A DNA stretch of 33,225 bases. It comes from an uncultured Bdellovibrionales bacterium. Its GTDB lineage: Bacteria > Bdellovibrionota_C > UBA2361 > J135. The stretch covers positions 1 through 33,225 of the forward strand of contig CAZWGK010000002.1 in the NCBI GenBank assembly GCA_964633685.1. Direction: 5' to 3'. The notes under the pieces are model-generated. The model made no database searches. It had not been told where the DNA came from and saw only the letters and a program-made list of their open reading frames with translations. Below, in pieces: positions 22,901-29,946 of the stretch. A program made the position numbers and the translations under genes. The first letter of the stretch is position 1. Each line of letters begins with the position of its first letter.

Positions 22901-25361
22901 CGATATCTCGATTCCACTCAATAAATTAATCGCTTTTACGGGGGTTTCAGGCTCAGGCAAATCATCTCTAGCCAAAGATATTATTTACGCAGAGGGGCAA
23001 CGTAGTTACCTTGATTGCATGTCCCCTTATGCAAGGCAGTTTATCAAGGAATTAAAGCAGCCAGATATAGATAGTATCAAAGGGGTACCTCCTACTATCT
23101 GCGTTTACCAACATACCTTCCAGCCTGGCTCTCACTCTACAGTCGGCACACTCACTGAGGTATACAACTTCCTGCGCCTACTTTACGCTAAGATCGGAAC
23201 TCAACACTGCCCCGAGCATCCGCAAGAAGCGATATCTCCTCTATCTGCTGCTAATATCGCAGATGAGATATGCACTAGCACAAATAGCATAAAAATTCTT
23301 AGTCCTATAATTAAGGGCAAAAAGGGATTCCATAAAGATCTAATTGCCCGAGCTATGGAGCTAGAGCTGTCTCACATTCGGGTTGATGGCGTATTGGGAG
23401 CTCCTTCAAAATGGAGTGAGGGACTCGAGAGAAACAAGGCTCACTCTATCGAATATGTAATCGCCTCATTTAATCCTAAATCAGCCAACCGAGATCTTGT
23501 AACGGAGGCCGTAACCCAAGCGCTTTCTCTCGGTAACGGCTCATTGATAATATTATCCGGAGAGGACGAGCGAGTTCTGAGCTCAGATAGAACATGCCCC
23601 ACCTGTAAGAGAGGATTTTTAAAACCAGATCCTGAGGACCTCTCCTTTAGTTCTAGTAGAGGAAGATGTCCTAATTGCGATGGCCTTGGCCTAATTAATG
23701 GCGTTGTCTGTAAGTCTTGCCACGGTTCTAGGTTAACTGAAATTGGACAAAATCTTAGAATCAACAATCTATCAATTTTTGAATTAAGTCAGAATCCACT
23801 TGAGAGAGTCGGTGCGATTTTAAAATCTCTAAAATTAACAAAGAGAGAGTACTCAGTTTCAGAGCTTCTCCTCAACGAACTAGATCGAAGAATCGAACTG
23901 CTAACAAAGTTTGGGGTTGGCTATCTGCCTCTCAGCCGTCCATGCGGGGCAATTTCCGGCGGGGAGCTTCAGCGACTCCGATTAGCTGCAGCACTTGGGG
24001 CATCTTTGGCCGGAGTTTTATATATTTTAGATGAGCCATCATCAGGACTTCATCCAAATGATAATAAAAAAGTTATCAGCACCTTGAAGTCATTAAAGGA
24101 TGAAGGAAACACTGTAGTTGTAATAGAGCACGACCCAACTACCATTCTGGCAGCAGAGCACATAATTGATGTAGGTCCTGGCGGAGGAAGCACAGGAGGG
24201 AATCTGATTTACAATGGCCCAATAAATAAATTTCTAAAGGAGAAATCCTCGGAAACAGCAAAGGCCATCAAAGAATACCAGTCCCAAGAGTCTCTGAACG
24301 AGATAGACGAGCAACAAACTGCGGTCGGAACGCTAACCATATCTGGGTCAAAAAATAACATTAAAAACCTCTCACTCTCTCTTCCATTAAATAAACTAAT
24401 TGGCGTGATTGGTGTATCAGGTGCAGGCAAGAGCTCTCTGGTTCAATACATGTTAGCTGACACTCTACTAGATTCGGAGACTGGTATCTTTAAAAGGAAT
24501 CAAACTGATTGGGCTAAGAGTGGCGTTAGGATCGTATCGTCAAAGCCCTTAGATGGGGTCTATTTTGTCGATCAAAAACCTTTAGGAAAGACCTCGAGAT
24601 CTATTCCAGCTTCATACCTTGGAATTTGGGATGAGATAAGGAAAGTATTGGCAATGAGCCCCGAAGCCAAAACAAGAGGCTGGAAAGATAGCTTCTTCTC
24701 ATTTAATTCCGGCAAAGGGAGATGCCCAGAATGTAAGGGGTTAGGTGAGATCGTACTAGAGATGAGTTTTCTACCCTCAGCGAAAGTTCCATGCGAAAGA
24801 TGTCGAGGCTCTCGTTATACCGAAGAAGCTTTAACCGTAAAGTATAATAATTTTTCAATCTCTGATGTTCTTGAAATGACGATAGATGAGGCAAAAACTG
24901 CTTTTGCTGCTCACAAGAAAATCAATTTAGTTCTAAATACCGCAGCTGAACTCGGATTGGGATATTTGAAACTTGGTCAATCAACTGCCACTCTTTCTGG
25001 AGGAGAGGCTCAAAGATTAAAATTAACACTTGAGCTTGCAAAGCCAAGAAAGGACACCTCGCTTTACATCCTGGATGAGCCAACCTCTGGTCTCCACATG
25101 AGCGATGTAAGGCGCTTAATCGCCGCCCTTAAAAAATTGGTCAACAAAGGTCATACTGTTATCATAATCGAACATGATGAGCAGGTAATTAAAAGCTGCG
25201 ATCACCTAGTTGAGCTTGGCCCAGGGGCTGATATAGAAGGTGGCAGTGTTGTCTACTCAGGACCAACTCACGGTATACTGAAACAAACAACCCCATGGGC
25301 TAAATTATTGAATCTTAACCAAGATATAGGTTTGAAACAGAATAGCCATTCTAGGCATTAA
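19911..25361 (+). CDS. Tandem-fused double UvrA-like ABC ATPase (two complete UvrA-type units in one 1816-aa polypeptide)
   Basis: Four Walker A motifs start at aa 32, 656, 1011 and 1501 (G[LV]SG[SA]GKS). There are four signature motifs ([LI]SGGE) and four Walker B motifs (DEP[TS]xGLH). UvrA-type Cys4 zinc modules are present, and each half opens with the UvrA N-terminal pattern (I.I.GAREHNLKNI). Confidence 0.9.
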   Translation: MSKRLKITRARENNLKEISLEIPHDELTVITGLSGSGKSSLAFDTIYAEGQRRYLETFSSYTRQFFDQVKKPDADLIEHVRPAIAIEQKTKIKSSRSTVGSMAGLNEYLKVLWNFFSTPVCPACSTQIETFTSKSAALRLNDILNLYPNSIFVITAPIALVNEPSSVKIKNKKSGIKESLRIALERLKLLGFSRLFDPNTCSFVEITNESSSSLENTLADFNNIIYAAIERIKKGSHSIESLTESVDRAFTLSGDSCAVIDTTKSKVRPLRTIIACPSQTNIKTNQSKIFTFKQTPTCEFAGINLKKKRPSLFSFNHPYGACEKCKGFGSILEVDRDKCIPDKRLSIEQGALQCWNGDSAGGQLKKLLKFATVHKIDTKSPWKELPKETQDLVFFHDTPEFRGINAWFKKLERKMYKTHVRVFVARYRKERICPECSGTRFNTSSLAYKINTLSISDANKMPLDELFEWVNNLAKSGTDLPRQIQTVYQELKSRLGYLIEVGLPYLTLDRQSNTLSGGETQRVNLASSIGSNLVSTQFILDEPTVGLHARDTNRLIKAIHALKNRGNSVLVVEHDTEVINSADNIIEIGPGAGNNGGQISFNGPISKWHGLNSPNWPKPITLPADIPNIHIHKARARNLKSFHLSIPLNGLVTISGVSGSGKSTLLHEVIVGAAEARKAGETINTADSVEGLDLVDDVILVDQTPISKTPRGNIATYTDIWTTIRKLLAETPDAQLRKLSASSFSFNVDAGRCRSCNGAGFIKEDMQFLSDVYIQCESCLGKRFQQKVLEVRFKGRTVADLLDMSVAEAREVFSDYAGIHNIAQRLTDLGLDYLRLGHPLSELSGGEAQRLKLISHLDSQNKSVLFLFDEPTTGLHVQDVARLLTLFRKLISDGHSIICVEHNLHLIAASDWVIDMGPEGGAHGGRILFEGPPKDLIKMASSSHTAKFLKDIISKDGDQSQKIIDIKKSRIKEQSGTLTKAETIEIRGAREHNLKNIDISIPLNKLIAFTGVSGSGKSSLAKDIIYAEGQRSYLDCMSPYARQFIKELKQPDIDSIKGVPPTICVYQHTFQPGSHSTVGTLTEVYNFLRLLYAKIGTQHCPEHPQEAISPLSAANIADEICTSTNSIKILSPIIKGKKGFHKDLIARAMELELSHIRVDGVLGAPSKWSEGLERNKAHSIEYVIASFNPKSANRDLVTEAVTQALSLGNGSLIILSGEDERVLSSDRTCPTCKRGFLKPDPEDLSFSSSRGRCPNCDGLGLINGVVCKSCHGSRLTEIGQNLRINNLSIFELSQNPLERVGAILKSLKLTKREYSVSELLLNELDRRIELLTKFGVGYLPLSRPCGAISGGELQRLRLAAALGASLAGVLYILDEPSSGLHPNDNKKVISTLKSLKDEGNTVVVIEHDPTTILAAEHIIDVGPGGGSTGGNLIYNGPINKFLKEKSSETAKAIKEYQSQESLNEIDEQQTAVGTLTISGSKNNIKNLSLSLPLNKLIGVIGVSGAGKSSLVQYMLADTLLDSETGIFKRNQTDWAKSGVRIVSSKPLDGVYFVDQKPLGKTSRSIPASYLGIWDEIRKVLAMSPEAKTRGWKDSFFSFNSGKGRCPECKGLGEIVLEMSFLPSAKVPCERCRGSRYTEEALTVKYNNFSISDVLEMTIDEAKTAFAAHKKINLVLNTAAELGLGYLKLGQSTATLSGGEAQRLKLTLELAKPRKDTSLYILDEPTSGLHMSDVRRLIAALKKLVNKGHTVIIIEHDEQVIKSCDHLVELGPGADIEGGSVVYSGPTHGILKQTTPWAKLLNLNQDIGLKQNSHSRH

Positions 25362-25482
25362 AAACCTATCTGAATTGCCTCCTCAAAAATTTCTTTAATT
25401 TGAAAAACTTAGTGATAATATTTTGTCGCCGATTAGCTATCGGAATCAGTCGTTCTAAAGTTTTGGAATTCGGAGGATTCTC

Positions 25483-26313
25483 ATGGCAAAAGTGCTTCTT
25501 ATAGATGACGAACAGAGCGTTGAAGCAACGCTTAGGTCTTACCTTGAAGTTGAAGGGCACGAGGTAATATCTGCCACTAATTTTGATTCAGCCGTTAATT
25601 GGATTAAGCAAGATAAGGCTGACTTAATCATTACCGATGTTATCCTGGGCAAGAAAACCGGACTTGATGTCTTGAGAGAAGCAAAAAAATCTCAACCCGA
25701 GACCCCGGTTATAGTAATAACGGGTCAACCGTCAATACAAACAGCGACTCGATGCGTCAAAGATGGTGCATTTGATTTCCTCGAGAAGCCGCTCTCTCCT
25801 GATGACTTTATTGATGCGACTAGGCGAGCAATAAAAATCTCGAATAGAGCCAAACGTCAGATATCCCTTAAAGATAAGAATAAGGAGAAGAGAAAATTCC
25901 TCGGTAAATTACTCAAGCAGAAAAACTGGGAGATCGATCGAACCCTTAAGGAGCTTATAAAAAGTGAGGACAAATATCGATCTCTAATCTCGGCTGTGCC
26001 GGAATTAATTTTGGAGGTAGATAATAATTTTAAATGCACCTGGTATAACGATGTGGCAAAGGAGTTTTTTGGCCACTCTCTGTACAATCAGCCCTTCCAG
26101 CTCCTAGCCTCTCCGGGCGAAGACAGAATAATTTTGGCCAATAAATTAGAATTTTTAGACGATGTAAATGAACCAATAGGTTTCAAATTCAGGTGCGTAA
26201 GCCGCGATGGCAGCATTGAAGAGATATCCTGGCTAATGACAGCCTTACGAAACCCTTCTGGAGCACGGTATGGCTATCTTCTAACAGGGAGGAAACGAGA
26301 AGCCTTTAAGTAA
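25483..26313 (+). CDS. Response regulator: receiver (REC) domain plus C-terminal PAS-like domain
   Basis: REC residues are LLIDDE, LIITDV (acceptor Asp), VIVITGQ and EKP. A coiled linker follows, then a PAS-like segment (LISAVPELILEVDNNFKCTWYNDVAKEFFG). No DNA-binding or enzymatic output domain is present. Confidence 0.8.
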   Translation: MAKVLLIDDEQSVEATLRSYLEVEGHEVISATNFDSAVNWIKQDKADLIITDVILGKKTGLDVLREAKKSQPETPVIVITGQPSIQTATRCVKDGAFDFLEKPLSPDDFIDATRRAIKISNRAKRQISLKDKNKEKRKFLGKLLKQKNWEIDRTLKELIKSEDKYRSLISAVPELILEVDNNFKCTWYNDVAKEFFGHSLYNQPFQLLASPGEDRIILANKLEFLDDVNEPIGFKFRCVSRDGSIEEISWLMTALRNPSGARYGYLLTGRKREAFK

Positions 26314-26328
26314 AAATCCGTTAATGCC

Positions 26329-28122
26329 CTACTTTATTGCAAAAAGGGAGTAATCGCCCTGACTCATCGTTTCGCTTAAATGGTCTGTTAGGAACTCTTG
26401 CCAAATTGATTTCTGAGAATCATTCAGCGCCGTAGATAAAAGAGCATCGGCTTTAATTCTATTGACCAATATAAAATATACTCCCCTAGACCTAAACCAT
26501 TCAGAGAGAGCTGCGGCGGTATTAGCTTTTAAAAAAGCCTCTAATAAATATTGCTCCGACCGATGACTACTAACCGTAGGATTTTTGAAGTAGAAGAACC
26601 GATTTCCTGTAGCCAGTAAATAAATTTTACCTGGTCTATTTGAGGTAGTCTTTTCATTAACTTTTGTAATTACCTCATACTCTAAGATCTGCTCAGATAG
26701 GTAGATCTCATTCGATTTGGTACTCGATAGGAAATTAAAAATATTCTTCGATTGATTCAAACTCACCATATAGCTAAATGCCCAAATCGTATGAATCAAT
26801 AGCAGTAGCCGCTTAGCAAATACTCCAAATCTAGGTAATATTTTTTTAAGATGAGCTAACCCGATAAAACTTAAACCAACAGCTGGAATCCAAACCGGTA
26901 AAAGATACCTAATTCGGGCGCCGGTCAGCCCTATAGCCACTAAAAAGTAAGCTACTAAAATAAAAGCAATCCATCCGCTCCAAGAACGGTGCGATGCAGC
27001 GATAAATCCGATAAATATAAGAAGGAAGAAGGGCGTTAAAACCCCATCAAACCGAGCGGGATTTTCATCCTCACCGACTAGAATCATTCGAAAGGGCATA
27101 GCCAATAGATCGGTAAAAGACTCACCATAAAGCACTACTCTCTGAGCTAATGGACCAACTGATTTATGTAAAACAGTGGCAGGAGAAGATGCATCCATTA
27201 AGTGATTCGAAAACAAGGGATAAACAGGATTACCCTTCCAAGAGTAGTTTCGTATGAGCCAAGGTGAATAGGTAGCCAATGCTAAAATGGATAGAACCAA
27301 GAACATTTTCACTATCGAGCTGGGAGAAACTTTAAGGCGCCAACAATAAAGGGGAAAAGACCCGAGTAATATTACAGCCCATAAAAGCCCATTGTATTTT
27401 GTTGAGAGAGCTAACCCTATTAAGACTCCAGCACCCAACAATCTCTGCCCAGCAAATCTACTTTCGCAGGCCTCAATCAAAAGAGCCAACGCAGCACCAC
27501 AAAATAGAGCTAAGGGAAGGTCAACTAAAGGCTCACCTGCGAGCCTTAAAAACATCGGTGTCGAGAGAGTAATTAGATACGCCCAAACTCCATATCTTCT
27601 TGAATCAAGTCCGCGCTCAATAAATATAGCTGTCACGCCTGCTAAAATTACTAAGTAAGTAGCGTGATACAGAGAAGCCAACGGTAATAAATCCAACCCC
27701 ATCAAACCGGTGTATGCCAGCTGTATTAGCTGTGGATAGTAAGACCATTCATGCCAGGGTACTTGCACTAGTTTTCCGGCCTCTAGCCATATCTTCGGAA
27801 GATATAAATGATGAATCAGTGCATCTTTGGATGTAATTGGTAAAATTGTTTGAGAAGTTATAAATCCAAATAAAATAAGAAACGGAACACCTACAAGAAT
27901 AAAATTGAATAAACTCTTACCACTTTCTTTAACTATGTATCTCAGGGAGTAAGTTGCAGCGGCTATAAGAAAGAGAACGTGCACAATAAAGACAGATTGA
28001 TATGCCCAGCCGCCTACACCAATAAAACTACCTATCGGCAACAGGGGAATTAATAAAATCCCAGCCATCACGACTAAAAGAGATAGATTATCGAGGTGAT
28101 TACGAATATTCTCTTGGGCCAT
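26329..28122 (-). CDS. GT-C-fold membrane glycosyltransferase (ArnT/PMT_2-like; expected to use a polyprenyl-phosphate-sugar donor)
   Basis: 597 aa, with about 12 hydrophobic segments over the first ~440 aa and a soluble C-terminal domain of ~150 aa. This architecture is typical of ArnT/PMT-type GT-C enzymes. The family call rests on architecture only. Confidence 0.5.
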   Translation of the reverse strand: MAQENIRNHLDNLSLLVVMAGILLIPLLPIGSFIGVGGWAYQSVFIVHVLFLIAAATYSLRYIVKESGKSLFNFILVGVPFLILFGFITSQTILPITSKDALIHHLYLPKIWLEAGKLVQVPWHEWSYYPQLIQLAYTGLMGLDLLPLASLYHATYLVILAGVTAIFIERGLDSRRYGVWAYLITLSTPMFLRLAGEPLVDLPLALFCGAALALLIEACESRFAGQRLLGAGVLIGLALSTKYNGLLWAVILLGSFPLYCWRLKVSPSSIVKMFLVLSILALATYSPWLIRNYSWKGNPVYPLFSNHLMDASSPATVLHKSVGPLAQRVVLYGESFTDLLAMPFRMILVGEDENPARFDGVLTPFFLLIFIGFIAASHRSWSGWIAFILVAYFLVAIGLTGARIRYLLPVWIPAVGLSFIGLAHLKKILPRFGVFAKRLLLLIHTIWAFSYMVSLNQSKNIFNFLSSTKSNEIYLSEQILEYEVITKVNEKTTSNRPGKIYLLATGNRFFYFKNPTVSSHRSEQYLLEAFLKANTAAALSEWFRSRGVYFILVNRIKADALLSTALNDSQKSIWQEFLTDHLSETMSQGDYSLFAIK

Positions 28123-28216
28123 GCTGATTCAACCGATTAACATTGAGGTGTTTTTATGGTAAACCAGTCGCACCGAACAGTGTACTCCTAATTTTTACAG
28201 TAAATACTGAAATAAA

Positions 28217-28588
28217 ATGACAACCTCACGAGACCCAGCCATAAGAATGGTGATGATGCCCAAGGATACTAATGCATTAGGCAGTATTTTCGGTGGCTAT
28301 ATTTTAAGCCTTATAGACTTGGCAGCCGGTCAGCACGCCCGCACAGTTTCAGCCAAAAAATTTGTTACAAAGGTTATGCGAGAAGTCGAGTTTATCTCGC
28401 CGGTTTTTATCGGAGACGTTGTCAGTTTTTATACGGAGACTACCAAGGTTGGAAAAACCTCTATCACTATCCAGGTATTAGTAGAGGCCGTTCGAGGGGA
28501 AAATGCTCTACAGTCTTGTAAGGTGACCCAAGCTGAGGTCGTGATGGTAGCGGTAGATAACAACAATAAACCAATCTCAATTCTCTAA
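28217..28588 (+). CDS. Acyl-CoA thioesterase, hotdog fold (YciA-like)
   Basis: MMPKDTNALGSIFGGYILSLIDLAAG and the 123-aa size are typical of YciA/BFIT-type thioesterases. Confidence 0.8.
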   Translation: MTTSRDPAIRMVMMPKDTNALGSIFGGYILSLIDLAAGQHARTVSAKKFVTKVMREVEFISPVFIGDVVSFYTETTKVGKTSITIQVLVEAVRGENALQSCKVTQAEVVMVAVDNNNKPISIL

Positions 28589-28589
28589 T

Positions 28590-28976
28590 ATGTCGACCAA
28601 CGATTATATAGTCTACGGCTTTTGGTGTGCCCTGCCCCTATCTCAGGTAGTACTGACTATTTACTACTATCTTGAATACTTGAGTAAAAAGGGGAATAAG
28701 ATCGCTGTGATTGATGGGGCTAAGCAGACTGGATTTCTTATGATCTGCCTCGCCTTCACTTTTATATTAGAATTCCTGCTCTTAGATTTTATTCACTACG
28801 CTGTTAATTATATCCTTGATATCCTCGGATTATCCCTGCCTAAAACCTTTTTTAGAATCATACTATTCCCTGCGGTCTTGGTTTTTGGGGCCAAAATGGT
28901 AGGTGGATCCAAGGAGTTAAAAACACCCAAAAATCCGCTTTTAAAATACAACCGACCCAAGAATGGAGCCAAGTAA
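28590..28976 (+). CDS. Small integral membrane protein, hypothetical
   Basis: Three to four hydrophobic helices. It starts 1 nt after the upstream stop, and its stop overlaps the rnhB start (TAATG). Confidence 0.5.
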   Translation: MSTNDYIVYGFWCALPLSQVVLTIYYYLEYLSKKGNKIAVIDGAKQTGFLMICLAFTFILEFLLLDFIHYAVNYILDILGLSLPKTFFRIILFPAVLVFGAKMVGGSKELKTPKNPLLKYNRPKNGAK

Positions 28977-29545
28977 TGCTAATCGCAGGAGTAGATGAAG
29001 CAGGTCGTGGACCACTTGCTGGGCCAGTAACGGCGGCGGCGGTAGTGTTCAAGGAAGGATACGAGAATTCAGAGATTGGAGATTCTAAGCAACTTTCTGC
29101 AAAAAAACGCGAATACTTGGTCGAGGTAATAAAGCGGGATGCAGTTGCCTGGGCAATCGTATCTGTTGGTCACCACCGCATCAAGAGGCATAACATACGT
29201 GAAGCCTCGCGGATCGCCATGGCTTTAGCCGTAAAAAGAATCAAAGCAGATCTAGTATTGGTCGATGGAAATGTGCCTATTGATATTTCAATACCACAAG
29301 AAACGATCATCGGCGGAGATGCTCTCCGTGTTGAAATAGGAGCTGCTTCGATTCTGGCTAAGGTTTGGCGAGACCACCTCATGAACGTGTTGGATAAAAA
29401 ATATCCTGGCTACGGCTTAGCAAAGCATGCTGGGTATCCAACCAAATCTCATAGAGAGGCAGTTAAAACTTATGGTCCGTCAAAAATTCATAGAGCCGAC
29501 TTCAGAGGGGTCAAAGAATACCTCCCGACAGCCATTCATACCTAA
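28976..29545 (+). CDS. rnhB: Ribonuclease HII
   Basis: IAGVDEAGRGPLAGPV catalytic motif, plus DSKQLS and the 189-aa length. Confidence 0.9.
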   Translation: MLIAGVDEAGRGPLAGPVTAAAVVFKEGYENSEIGDSKQLSAKKREYLVEVIKRDAVAWAIVSVGHHRIKRHNIREASRIAMALAVKRIKADLVLVDGNVPIDISIPQETIIGGDALRVEIGAASILAKVWRDHLMNVLDKKYPGYGLAKHAGYPTKSHREAVKTYGPSKIHRADFRGVKEYLPTAIHT

Positions 29546-29945
29546 AATCAAAAAAAATAGAGACGCCGCCATAGGAAAAGCAGGGGAGCGAGAAGCTGTG
29601 AAATTTCTGCAATCACTCGGCTATAAGGTTATTCTTAAAAATTGGAGATGCCCCGAAGGGGAGTTAGATATAGTGGCTATCGATGAATCAGCACTGGTTA
29701 TCGTTGAGGTAAAAACTAGAGCCGCTGAAATAAGTGCCGATTTTTCGCCGTTTGAAGCGGTCGACGTTAAAAAAGAAGCCCAATTAAAAAGATTAGCTAA
29801 TAGGTTGATCTATCTAGAGAGATTAAAAATTAAACCATTCCATCCTCAACAGCTACGGTTCGATATAATCGGAGTTACATACTCTAATGCTGGCGGAGAA
29901 ACCTCTTTCAAATGTCAGCACTTGAAAGAGGCGTTTTCATACTAA
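29427..29945 (+). CDS. yraN: YraN-family (UPF0102) endonuclease-like protein; start codon uncertain
   Basis: GKAGEREAVKFLQSLGYKVILKNWRCPEGELDIVA...VIVEVKTR is the YraN core. The candidate ATGs at 29427 and 29472 both overlap rnhB, and there is no in-frame ATG, GTG or TTG between the rnhB stop and the conserved core. Confidence 0.75.
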   Translation: MLGIQPNLIERQLKLMVRQKFIEPTSEGSKNTSRQPFIPKIKKNRDAAIGKAGEREAVKFLQSLGYKVILKNWRCPEGELDIVAIDESALVIVEVKTRAAEISADFSPFEAVDVKKEAQLKRLANRLIYLERLKIKPFHPQQLRFDIIGVTYSNAGGETSFKCQHLKEAFSY

Positions 29946-29946
29946 G

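Noticed and set aside
20288-24894. Multiple 60-110-aa antisense ORFs inside the double-uvrA gene (for example 20288-20581 and 23441-23767)
   Set aside because: They lie entirely within a CDS with unambiguous UvrA motifs on the opposite strand. No independent coding signal is visible.
25366-25560. 64-aa minus-strand ORF across the response-regulator start
   Set aside because: Lys/Phe/Arg/Asn-rich product from an AT-rich intergenic region. It overlaps a strongly supported CDS and its RBS, and no homologous features were recognised.
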